This document shows positions 1-12,992 of a stretch of 64,000 nt of DNA, one piece after another. The stretch lies in the NCBI GenBank assembly GCA_963693365.1, contig CAVNZM010000003.1:9127019-9191018 (forward strand), in the 5' to 3' direction. Positions within the stretch are counted from its first letter, which is position 1. Each line of letters opens with the position of its first letter. Source of the stretch: Amoebidium appalachense. Taxonomy: Eukaryota > Protista > Ichthyosporea. The notes beneath the pieces were generated by a model. It worked only from the letters and a program-made list of their open reading frames with translations. It was not told where the DNA came from and made no database searches. The position numbers were made by a program, and so were the translations under genes.

Positions 1-208
1 GGGGGTTTTGGGGAGGGGGGGAGGGGGTAGAACGTGTTATGGAGCACGAGGTGCCCATTCGTGACGGACACCACAGCACATAAAAAAAGTAGGGGGGAAA
101 AAAAAAAGGAGGACCACACAAAGAGCACGCATCGTAAGATGATCCCAATCCTGCCCCGGGAAGGGGAGATTAGGGGGACGGCTGGGAGACAAGTGAATGT
201 GTGTGTGT

Positions 209-241
<33 letters not shown>

Positions 242-269
242 TGTGAGTGTGAGCGTGCGCGTGTACGTG

Positions 270-311
<42 letters not shown>

Positions 312-337
312 GGGGGGGGTTGCAAAAGCACACATAC

Positions 338-884
338 CTGGCCCCATGCCTCCCATAGCATTCATCGCCATACCCAGAGCTTGATCCATATTCATCCCAG
401 CTAGCCCCTCCCGGCCAGTCCCTAAACCCATTGGATATGGTGGCCACCCATCCCCATCCCCGTCCCTTTCCCCCTCCCCCTCCTCCCCGTCCTCACCCTC
501 TTCTCCCCCCTCTCTCTGCTCTGACTGTACGTCGTCTCCCGAGTTTTCATCCCCCTCTCCGTCGTGCATGTGGGTGTCGTGTGTGTGTGGCATTGGTGCC
601 ACGCCCATCATCATTGGGAACCCGTACGGCGGTGCGTTGGTCATACCCATAGGCATCGGAACAGGGCGAGGGATGCCTCCACCCATGCCCCCAAGCACAA
701 AACCCCTGTGTGGGTGTGGTGGTTTCAGTGGTCAGAGCTTAAAGCATTTGAAAGTAGGGAAAACAAGAAAGGCATGACAACCCCCCTCCCCCCTCCCCCC
801 CCCCCCCGGGGGCTGTGTGGGTGGTGGTGTCAGCGGTTACAGCTCAACAAAACTGAATGTGTTGGAAAAAAGACTAGCACACGT

Positions 885-927
<43 letters not shown>

Positions 928-963
928 ACCCACCCACCCTCCCACACACACACACACACACAC

Positions 964-1000
<37 letters not shown>

Positions 1001-1394
1001 TACAAACCCTACCATGTACAGACAACTTACAAATCACTAGCTTATACACACACCAAAGCATTATTATATGGGCCTGTAACAGCCATCGATGGAAAGAAGT
1101 GAACAGTCCGAACGATTACAAGAGGACGAGAAAGAAAATGTCGACAAAAAATGGGAAAGGTATTGGCAGGGGTAAAGAGAAGTGTAAGAGGGAGGGAGGC
1201 TGAGTGAGGGAAGGAGATGGGGTGTATGGGGGGGTGAGTGTTTGGGTGGGTGGGTGAGGGGCGGGGAGGGGAGGGGGGGGCGGGGGGGGGGGGGGGGAGA
1301 GGAGGAGGAGGGGGGGGGGGGAGATTAAAAACAGACAGGGGGGAATAAAACGAAACATTGGATAGTACCGGACAAGGATGGCATTGTGTGTGTG

Positions 1395-1452
<58 letters not shown>

Positions 1453-1740
1453 GTGTGGGAGTGTGTGTGTATACGTGCACGTGTGTCTGTGGGTGGACAC
1501 GTGCGGGTGTGTGTATACAGAACCGAAAGAAAAGGGGCCCAAAACAGAAGCACGGGTATTACCTAACAAGGTTGGCAACTGTCAGTATTTGCATCGTGCA
1601 TATGCATGGGCTTAAGCGTATGTTTGTTTGTTACGTATACCGTGTATGCATGTGTGGTTACGGGGGGAGGGGGGTAGGAGGGAGGGGGGTGGGGGTGGAG
1701 GGGGTGGGTGAGGGAGGGAAGGAGGGTGGGTGGGTGTGTA

Positions 1741-1801
<61 letters not shown>

Positions 1802-2482
1802 TGGTGGTGGTGGTGGTGGTGGTGGTGGGGGGGGGAGGGGGGGGTTGGGAAGGGTGGGGAGGGGGGGAGGGGGATAGAATTGGTACCCTGGATGGTTGGG
1901 CCAGCCGCTGTCTTCCTCCGTCTCACTGTCTGACTGGCTAGAGGATTTGTAGAAACGTGAAACAAAATCCCTGTGCGACACACACAACTGTCAGTTTGGA
2001 GGATTGCCGTGTGTGCCGATAGCTACGTGTGTGTTTGAGTAATGGTTTCTAAGAGTGCATGTGTGTGTGCTTACGGTGCAGTTGCGAGTACAGGGTTCGC
2101 CACACTTATCTGCACACACACACAAAAAAAAAGGAAAGAAAATGCGCGCACACATGCACAGGCACGCGTAAATGCACACACAAGACACACACACAGAGAG
2201 AGACCCACAGACACAGACACGGACACAGACACATCCACCCGCCTACCCACCCACCTGCTAAATATCCAACGTCAAAGCTAAGCAGTAAATCTTCTGTCAT
2301 TCTTTCTTTCATTTCTTTTTTTTTCCCTTTCTTTCTTTCCTTTCATTCTTTCTTTCTTTTCTTTTTGTGGGGGGGGTGGGCTGGGGGTGGGGGTGGGGCG
2401 AAGAATGGTGGGTTACTGATGCACCATTTCATCCGCCTCAAAAACATTGTCTTATCCCCACTTCCACTTATATTCGCACCCA

Positions 2483-2528
<46 letters not shown>

Positions 2529-3327
2529 AAAAAATAATAAATAAATAAATAAAAAATATAGCAAAATAAAAAGAAAAGGTGCATACAACATACGCAAACG
2601 TCCATCTTTACTTACGTCCCCTTTATCCCCCCCCCCCCCTCCCCACCCACACACACACACACACACACAACACAACACACACACCTCCCTCCCCATTCCT
2701 CCCCCCAAGAAAAGAGTCACGTGCAAACACAAGTATGCGAACGAGCACTTTGATCACATCCTTCCCCCCCCCCCCTCCCCCCCCCCCCCCCCCCCCCAAA
2801 ACACACACGCATGCACGCACGCCCTCACGCACGAAGGCACGCACACCCACCCACCCAACCCACCACCCACCCACCCACCCACCCACACACACACACGCAC
2901 CTATCTGCGCCACCCCTCAGGTCGGCAAAGACCAGGCGCAGATGCACCTCCTGGCAGCCCCACAGCTGCCGTGCCGTTGCATGGTCCACAGGCAGCGCTA
3001 GAAACTGCGTGCAGGTAGGTGTACAGTGGGTTATACACATGCAAGTAGGCATGCAATGGGTTAAACATATGCAAGTAGGTGTGTGATTGGTTATACACAT
3101 GCGAGTAGGCATGCAATGGTTAAACACATGCAAGTAGATGTGTAATGGGTTAAACAATGCAAGTAGTAATGTGATGGGTTAGGTAAATGCAGTACCGGGC
3201 TATGGCAAAGGGCTAAGTGCATACAAAACAGGAATCTGGCACTTTTTAGCTTTTGAATTAATTTTATTATCATATGACCACTGTCCGAATATGAATATAA
3301 CACAGACACCACTCTCTAATGCATACA

Positions 3328-3383
<56 letters not shown>

Positions 3384-3786
3384 TCTCCTGCCCATCCCGG
3401 CCCATTTGTTAGAGAGTCCAATCCACACTGATATGGCAACATAACTCTCGCTCATTAATAATTTCCCATTCCGGCACCCCAATCTGCCATCATATATATA
3501 CGGCAACACAAATGCATAAAATCAAGCAGATCAAGTTCGTGGCAGGATTGTGTCTATTATGTTTTCATTTGTGTGCATGTGCAACGTACATGTACACGTG
3601 CACGCATATGTCCATGTGTGTGGGCATGTGTTTTTAGTGCATTTGTGCTGTGATGATTGCCACTAAATCTACAGCCCCGTTCCGTACATGGGGAAGCCTG
3701 AATGTCCCCTCTTTCTTCCTTTCTATTCTTCCTTTTTCTTGTGTCTGTGTGCATGTTGGTGGTGTTGTTTGGGAGAAGGTGTGTGT

Positions 3787-3841
<55 letters not shown>

Positions 3842-4147
3842 GAAACACACTCTGCCTACCTTTTTTCCAGGTGACTTCCGGTCAAGTTGGGGCATGAAGA
3901 CGGCCGGACCAAAGGAACAGGGCAGGGTGGGGCTGTGGGTGTGCACCAAAAATCAGTGCTTGGCCGAAATGGGGTCGATCAAGGAACACGCGCACTCATG
4001 TCATAAACGGGTTAAAGGAGGATTCTTTTGGGTTTCCGGGTTGGGTCAGACCCGAACGGGTTTATGCAATGTAATTGGCTTGGTGGGCACCTGCTTGACC
4101 CGAAAGACCCAATAAATCTGGCCTACAAGAAGCTCTCGTTAACGTAA

Positions 4148-4194
<47 letters not shown>

Positions 4195-4785
4195 AAACCT
4201 TTCCCCTTCATATATGTGTATGCGTGTGTTTTGTTGCAGGCCTCCACAGAGCCATCATTTCAGAATCTATGGGCAGTGATATTTCCAAAACCACACAAAC
4301 ACATTTCTTCTAAAACCACCTAAAAACATTATTCCACATCGCCACACAGTAACTTGTCCCGAGCGCTAAATCTAAACCCCTTTCAGGAGTGGTTGGTGCC
4401 AAATCCAGAGAAAAATGAATTTCCAGAAAACTTCCGCAATCGCTATCCCATATCCATTTCTAGAAATCTCGGTTGCCGAATCGTTAACTCCATAACCCTT
4501 TCAGATAATTACTCTTGAATATAATCAAAAAAACCTCTTACCTTCCGAATTCACACACACACCAACAAACCCATCCAGAAATCACCCACTCAAACCCCAT
4601 TACAGACAAGTGCGTTAATTCACTTGTTTTTCATACGTACCCAGGGAGTACAACGAGGGAGAAAGCCAGTCCCTGTATGTTGTCCGAGTATATGGAGTAG
4701 GGCTGCAGCACAACACCAACCTCCTCCCCATCTGCTATCTGGTTGCCCCCCTCGGCATTACGCCCCATGTACCTGTTTGTCGCGG

Positions 4786-4879
<94 letters not shown>

Positions 4880-5543
4880 GGTGGGGAGAGGGAGAGATAC
4901 ACGCACCCAGAGGGAAAAAGGGGGAGAGAAAGAGGAGCGGGGGAAGGGGCAGGGGGGGGGGGGGGGGGGGAGGGAGGGGTGGGAGGGGGGGGAGATGTTT
5001 GCATTAGAGGGTTGGAAATATGGGGTGGTACCAAAAGACAAAATATAAAACGTCACAAAATTGAAAAACGTGAAACCAAACCATAGATTGCAAAAAATGG
5101 GGACGCCGGCACACTCACGTACAGACACATAGACACATGCACGAACACGCACGCCCGCACGCACGCAGCACGCACGCACACAGACACACACACACACACG
5201 CCCAGACATGGCCGACTACATATCAGCACGCACCTTCTCTGGCCCTTCTTCCTCTTGCTGAGCTTGAGGCACCACTGCTGACCCATCGCTGAGAACTCAT
5301 CCGTGAACCCCGTAGGCCCAAACAGCCCACTCTCACGCAGCCGCACATCTGGAAAAGGGTCAAAATGAATACTGGACGGAGGAAGAGGGCCACTAGAAAG
5401 AAGGAGTACTGGAACAGGGAGAATGCCAGAGGGAGGGGAGAGCTGGAAAGAGGGAGGATGCCAGTGGGAGGTGAGCACTGTGTATTAAGGTTTTGTGTGT
5501 GTGTGTGTTTATGTGCGCGCGCGCGAGCGCGGATGCATGCACG

Positions 5544-5635
<92 letters not shown>

Positions 5636-6445
5636 TGTGCTGTGCGTAAGTGTATGTGTGTCCCTGTGCACGTGTGTGTAAGAGAGGGGGGAGGAGGGGG
5701 GGGGGGGGGGGGTTGGGGGGCTCAAGGGGGGTTGGGGGTTGGGGGGGCTCAGAGGGAGATATCCGCACAACCGGAACCAGAATGCTCTTGCTAAACCCAC
5801 ACAATGTATAAACCCCACACATGCACACACCTCTGACCACAATGTTGCGTGCCCGTCCAGACAACATCTCTGCAAGCATACGGTGGCCGTCTGTCTGTGT
5901 CTTGACCTTCTGTGCTGCCTTCATCTGAGCACAAACCAGCAGTTAGCACCATCCACCTTGACCCACATAACAGAAATTGCATGCAGCACCACTCACCTTA
6001 AACCACATAACAAAAAATGCGCACAACAACACTTATCATGAACCGTGTAGCAGAGAACCATTCCAGCTACAAACTTTATGACAATGTGCACAAGGACGCT
6101 TAATCGACCGCTCAAACACGCACACCCACACACATTCCGAATGGGAAAAAGAAAAGGTGCCAACAACAAGAGCGTAAGAACAAGCACACATCCAGAAGTC
6201 GGGCAACACAGGAATCTAAACACCGACACACAAAACCCCACGTATCTTTCTCCGCTTGTCAATGTGCCACCAATTACCAAAATATGTGCTATTTCCCAAC
6301 TTAATAACCATTTTGATGCCAACAATACCAAAAACACAAACAGGCTCTGCAACCCATCGGCACTCCGTGTAGCCGAGGAATATAGAACTTCATTAGTCAA
6401 ACCAATTTCGCAATGTCGCAAATTAATTTTTAGTTTTATATAGTA

Positions 6446-6479
<34 letters not shown>

Positions 6480-7098
6480 AAAAAAAAAGTAGAAGTTAGC
6501 ACCCACCAGCTTCTTTTCTCTCCTCTGGACTGCTGCCAGCAGATCTGCCCCGGTCATCTTTTGCATCTCACATTGTGCCTGTGATCACAACAATAAGCAT
6601 ACAACTGCGACCCCCTCCCCCCTCCCCCGCCATCTCCCCCCCCCCCCCCCCCTCCACCCCACCCCCACCCCCCACCCTCGGTGCTTTCCCTCCCTCCCCC
6701 CCCCCCTCCCCCCCCTCCCTCCCCCCCCCCACAGAGAAGGAAAAAAAAAAAAAAAAAAAAAAAAAAAAGAAAGAAAGAAAGAGAGAAAGAAAAGAGAAAG
6801 AAAAGAGAAAGAAAAGAAAGGTAAAAACACAGAGACGATTTCCCGTACACACCTTGTCCCAGTCTCACCTTCTCTGCTCACCTCTTCCCCCATGCTAACG
6901 ACCATCACCATTACACCTACTCACCCTAAACAACCATCTCTCTTTCTCAAAATCGTTTCTTTCACTGCCTCCTCTATATAACTCACAACCCCCCCCCACC
7001 TTGGGGGATCACAAAGCCTTCAGGATAAAGTCTTCCGAGAACATAGATCTCTTAGCCCCTCTCATTCTCCTTCCCCATTCTCCTTCAGGAAGCCCGCC

Positions 7099-7147
<49 letters not shown>

Positions 7148-7210
7148 TGAACATACTTCTCTCTTAGCCCCTCTCATTCTCCTTCCCCATTCTCCTTCAG
7201 GAAGCCCGCC

Positions 7211-7243
<33 letters not shown>

Positions 7244-8062
7244 TGAACATACTTCTCTCTTAGCCCCTCTCATTCTCCTTCCCCATTCTCCTTCAGGAAG
7301 CCCGCCCCCTTCTCCCCCCCCCCCCCCCCCCCCCCCCTCTCCCCCCCCCCCCCCCCCCCCCTCTCCCCTGAACATACTTCTCTCTTAGCCCCTCTCATTC
7401 TCCTTCCCCATTCTCCTTCAGGAAGCCCACCCCCCCTCCCCCCCCTCCCCCTCCCTTTCCCCCCCTCCCTCCCCACCCCCCCGCCCCGGCCCCCCCCCCC
7501 CCCACCCACCACCCCCAACAATTTCTTTTGCTTTCTACTTGAGCAAGCCTCTCTCAGTATGTCTCTCCTTCCTCCTCCCCCATTCCCCCTCCACCACCCC
7601 CCTCCCCCAACACACAAACACACGAGCCCCACCTCACCCTAACAAACCCAACCCTGCCTACCGCCCTTCTCCTGCTTCAACTATGTGCTCTAGCTGCAAA
7701 ACATCAGCATTAGGGTGATAAAAAAAACTAAACTACCGTTAGAACTCCTGCTTGAATGAGCCATAGCCCTGTGAAAGGAAGAGCCCCCCCCCCCCCCCCC
7801 CCCCCCCCCCACCGCCTTGGTCCCTTTGTGTTAGGTGTATGTGTCCGAGTGTGCATGCGTGTGCGTGCATGTGTGTGTGTGCACGCGCGTGCGCCACTTG
7901 TGCATTTTTGTGCATGTTGATTTGCATGTGTGCATGTTAGCTTGTGGGAGAGTGTCTGTGTGAGTGAGAGAGTATATGTGCTTGTGCAAGTGTTTGTAGG
8001 TCTCCATACGAGTGCGTGCATGTGTGTGTAGGCACAACCGTGCGTGCGTGTGTGCGTGTGTG

Positions 8063-8117
<55 letters not shown>

Positions 8118-8980
8118 CTGTGTGCAAACATCCTTGTGTTGGCGTGTGTTTCTGTGTGTGCGTGTGCGCGTGTGTTTGTGCGCGCCTACATGTGTCCTGT
8201 GTATGCGTGCCTGTATGCGTGCATGTATGTGTGTTGGGGGGGGGGGGAGGAGAGGGAGGGGAAAGGGGGCAGAGATGGGGGGGAACACCCCAACCTGATG
8301 CTCATCCCGCTGATGTGCTGGGCCCGCCCATGCACAGCCCATGCACTCGTACAGACATGTGGTGGGGCGGTGTGGGCACTCTTTCCCCCTCGTGTGTCTT
8401 CCTCTGCTCCACAGCAAAATATGATTAAGATTACATCAAGATTTATGTTGATAATGATTAAAAGAATTCCTATCTAGGGATCCGGTCGGGTAAGGCCAGA
8501 AAGTAGCTTGCGCAATATAATTGGGGTGATGCGCATCAAACAGCATATTGGCCTGGCCAAAAAAAGGCCATAAATCAAGTGTCCATGAAGCTTTGACTTC
8601 GGTATGCACGTAATCGTAAAGGCAGACACTCTATGGCAAACATGGTGTTTCTATTTGCTATTAGGTTTCATAGTGTGTGCTTAAATCTGTGCGCAAGAGG
8701 GGTGGGTGTTTTGAGGTTATATCAAGTGTGGGGGATTTTATTTTTATTATGATCAAAATAGGATGCATGCCGGGTATACAGGCAGGTGTGGATATGAGTG
8801 GTTGGATATGTGCAACCCACAACCCAGAACTAAACTACAATTCATACCATCTCTCACGGACACCAGAAGAAATATGCGTGCAAGAGGCACCTGAGCAGAG
8901 CCCATCAGCCATATTTGCACTGCACTTACCACCACCAAAAAAGAAAAGGAAAAACAAAAGGTGTGTTGGGGGGGTGGTGG

Positions 8981-9023
<43 letters not shown>

Positions 9024-11569
9024 TTGATCCACACAGGTGGGGTCAATGTTCGCACCCACCAAAACAACCCAAAAAAAGGAAAAAAGGAAGGAAGAAAGTA
9101 AGGAAGCAAGAGCAAGATGGGGAGGGGGAGGGGGGGGGGGGGGAGAGGGGGGGGTTGTTCCACACAAACAACTAGAGCTCATGTTGCCACCAGCGTTAGC
9201 ACCAAGACTCACCGTTGCATAGGTGACTGCCTCTGTGCAGCCCGGGTACTTGCAGGTGTGGGGTAGCTGGTCACGTGCTCTCTCTGCTACCGTGTTGCGC
9301 ACTGGTGTGCCCTGGCTCATCGGCACCCTGCACCCACACAATGTTCATTGAGGCCCCGATGGGGGGGGGGGGGGGGGGGAGGGGGGGAGGTAGGGGGGGG
9401 GAGGGGGGGGGAGGGGAGGGGGAGGGAAAATAAGTAATAAAGAGGGAAGAAAAAAGAGAAAGAAGAAGGAGGAGGGGGGGGAGAGGCAGGGGGAAAGGGT
9501 AGCATGCACAGGAACACAAAAGCGGATGGATACATTGTGCCATTAGCGTGGGAAATGGATGAGGGACGGGGGGCAGGCGAACTAGCCGGCCACAAATGGC
9601 AGCTGTGATTTGAGAGTGTTTGAGTGTGGGGCAAGGGAGAGGGGGGGGGGGGGGGGGGGGAGCATTAAAGCATAACAGTGCAGAGAAAAAGGAAAGAGAA
9701 GACCAGGGAGGGGAGGGCGGGGAAAGGGGGGGATTAGGGGGGGGGGGGAGGGGGGTTTGAATGCGGAACACGGTACGAAGTACACATACACGAAGGACAC
9801 ATGCAAAGGCAAACATTCAAGTATGCAACGTCGGGGGGGGGTTTGAATGCGTCAAAAAGTACGAAGTACACAAGAACAAACGGATAACACGATGCAGAAT
9901 GCAAGCCATACATAAAGAGTATGCATACTAAGCAGAGCCCATCCTCAGGGGAGGCCCACGTCATCCACAGTACCCGAGTTTCAACCTATTCACCTCGTTA
10001 ACGAAACCCAACTCAGATACTGTTTCACTTGAACATGGGTAGGTCACCCGTCTTGATCAGAGACGAGCAGGGTTGCTTATGCAGGCAAGGGCAGTGGGAA
10101 AGGCCGGGGGTTAAAGTTGCAGCAGTAAGCAGAAGCAAGAAAAATCTAGATAGGAACTCAGGAGACGGGGCTTCTAGGAAGCTCCCCCGTCGCTACCTAA
10201 GTCGATACTTCCCTGGCTAACATACTAGCTGAAAAGAATTAAGTCCCGAAGGCCGCAGAATTCGCAATCAGAGGGGAAAATATGAGATTTGACCCACGCC
10301 GCAGGGTAGTAACATGCTTACTAGGGCGGAACTTTATCGTCTTCGAACGGAAAGCTATGCCCCCGGATGTCAGCCGGAAATATGGTATCACCCATTGCTT
10401 TGGGCTTAAAAAGAGCCAAATCGACAGTCCGAGTTATGTTACGCCGGCGGGTAACATGCCGAGGGGGCGAGGGGGGGGGGGGGGGGGGGCAGGAGACGGG
10501 ATGATGAGGGGATAGCTCTTAAGACGACACGTTCAGACAACAAAAAAAGGAAAAACTGAAGTAGAGAGGGGGGTGAAAAGGGGGTGAAGTGGAGTCTGGG
10601 GGGAGGGGGAAGGAGGGGGGGGGAGGGGGGGGGGGGAGGGGGAAGGGGGATTGGGGGGGGGGGGGGGGGGATGGTTAGAACGGCAGTGTGTAGAACTTCA
10701 TGCTAACTTCGATCAGTTCAGGTGTCACGAACACATATTCACGTGGATGATGTCTTTCCCATACAAGCACAGAAATAAGGCATCACGAAAATGCAATGCC
10801 ATGACGGGCAGTTTCTTGATAACATATGCACCCACCTGCAGGTCGGGCACTTTGGTGCATCACCAGCAATTAGCCTCTTGTGGCAATCGTTGCACAGTAG
10901 ATGCCCGCCGCTACACTGGAATATTTCTTCCTCCGGAACACAGAAACAAATGGTGCAGGTCAACAGCTGTTCCATGTTGCTATCATCATCTTTCTTTGCC
11001 CCTCCAATTTTTACCCCTGCCCTGTTTTGATTGTCATTTCTGCGCTCGGGCTTCTGTTCTGGAGCTGCATCGTTTTGCTCTGTTGTGTTGTTTTGTGCGT
11101 TGTCTTGAACCGTGCTACCTGTGAGGTTTTCTTGTACACCCGTGCGAGGTCGATGTCCTGTCTGCCTTCCTGGCAGCTGGGCACCGTTCGAACCAATTTG
11201 CCCAGGAGGACCGAATGGATTCATAAACGAGTGGAACGGTGGGAAGTCTACGTGTGTACGCACACCACCCTCCCCCCTACCCGTGTGAGTGTTTCTGCCT
11301 ATTCTCATAGGACCCCCTCCCGCTCCATCGCTAGTGTTTCCCTCCCCTCCCTCCCCTTGGTTTAAGCGACGACGTGACACCAAATTGTTGTTGTTCGGTC
11401 TTGCCTGTGCTGTGTTGTATGGCGCCCGGCTCGGTCTGGGAAACATGGGATGTGGGTTGTTCCCTCTGGGTGGGTTTCTAGCATCATGCTGGCGGTTTGG
11501 GTCGTAGATGCGACGGGGAGGTGGCGGTGGTGGCGGTGGTGGCGGTGGTGGCGGGGCACCCGCACTCAT
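338..11569 (-). CDS. CYHR1: CYHR1/ZFTRAF1-like RING + TRAF-type zinc-finger protein, at least 11 exons, 3' end runs off the window
   Basis: GT-AG exons: 11569-10836, 9327-9213, 8403-8295, 6578-6507, 5924-5831, 5348-5234, 4772-4641, 3932-3860, 3004-2901, 1937-1887, 705-338. All phases match except exon 3 (109 nt, one base too long). Protein motifs: SINA-type [27 protein letters not shown]; [16 protein letters not shown]; [21 protein letters not shown]; C-terminal LVVLPGP..PAVF..FLALPV..VHLRLVF. These follow the CYHR1 motif order as I recall it. Confidence 0.85.
3008..3192. repeat. ~30-bp intronic minisatellite, about 6 degenerate copies
   Basis: Repeated TGCAAGTAGGCATGCAATGGGTTAAACACA-like unit next to the exon 9 acceptor of the CYHR1-like gene. 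Confidence 0.85.
7039..7430. repeat. Four copies of a ~62-bp unit separated by variable poly-C tracts
   Basis: GAACATACTTCTCTCTTAGCCCCTCTCATTCTCCTTCCCCATTCTCCTTCAGGAAGCCC at ~7039 (slightly diverged), ~7149, ~7245 and ~7370. Confidence 0.9.
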
Positions 11570-12992
11570 TTTTTGTTTTTTTGCGCAAAAGCTCCAAAGT
11601 CTATGTGAAAAAGGTTTGGTGGCCTTTTAGTGTGAAGAGGCTTCTGATTTTAGGTTTGCTAACCCATATGTCCCAGTGATGCCTTTTCTTTCTCCAGAAT
11701 CCGACTTTTTTGAATATGCTCAGTAAACAGCAGTAATAGTATATATGTCTACATATATATATACACACACAGAAAAAGCTCGCCTTCTCTCCCTCGTCGT
11801 TTCAAACATGCCCTTCCCTTGTAGCAAGCCCTTGTTCAAAAAGCAGAGGCCGCTAAAGTTACATCATGTTCGCTGTGAAGAGCCGCCATGGATAAGATGT
11901 AAAGCCTATACAGGTCCGCTAGCAAAATGCTTATACATTTTTTCAGGGGGTTCTTAAATCAGTAGATGGCCTTTCGATAAATGCAAATTGGGATATGTGC
12001 CCTTGCGCATTTCTACATCTTCTTAGTGGACCAGCTCGTTACGTAATCGCGCCGGAAGTCGCAAAACCTAAAGGCCGAACGACCGTCGTGCAGCTATGAA
12101 CCGAGGTGAGGCTTTTTTTACGCCTGGACCAAACCCGTATACTTCAGGAGTTTCACAAGTGCACAAGTGGAGCAGAAGAAAGGCACTAACAACTGCGACA
12201 GGGTGTCCTGGGGGTGAGAGGGACTGTGAGGTGGAAAGGTCGTAGAAAGGAAGCGCACTAGTAGTGTCAGAGTCAGTACTGTAATGACCAGTGCTACCAT
12301 CTCTACTTCAACCTTTGCAGCTGTTTCCCGGGCACGCGGTGTGTGTGTGTGTGTTTGTGTGTCCGTGCGTGCGTGCGTGCGTGTGTGTGTGTGTGTCACG
12401 GTAGTGGGGGGAGGAAGGGAAGGGGCGGAGTGCAGCTGTGTTTTGAGTTTGTGCGTGTACACGTGTCGTGTAGTCGTGTGTTGCCGAGGGTGTATGTGGC
12501 GGGGTGGGAACAGGCTCGCGGCCGAGTGTGTGTGCGCGACGGCGGGGGAAGGGGGGGGGGGGGGGGGGGGGGGGGGGTTACAGTGTCGTGCAGTTTGTGC
12601 CAAACTTTGCAACCGTTTAAAGACGGCTATTGTATTGTATGAATGTTTATTGCTACTGATGTCTTTACGTACTTTCAGAAAGGATGCCATAACATACATG
12701 ATGCTAAACACACACCCGAAAAGTTGTTACATGGCATCTAAGACTTGGTGGATACTAAATTCATTATCACATGTTGATCTATATCACAAGCTGGCTCACC
12801 CACATACGACATACGTATTTAACCACACTAAAAAAGAGATAAAAGTTAAACTTAAAACACCAGGTGGTGATGTCGTTCAATAGCATATATTATAAGAGAG
12901 GGTACTCATTAAGCTCTCTAACCAGGCAAGTTTACAGCCTATGATCATTTGGCGCTTGTAAGTAGCAAAAATAGAGAGCACACACACACCGC

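Noticed and set aside
7039-7430. CRISPR-like repeat-spacer pattern
   Set aside because: The spacers are only C-runs and carry no unique information.
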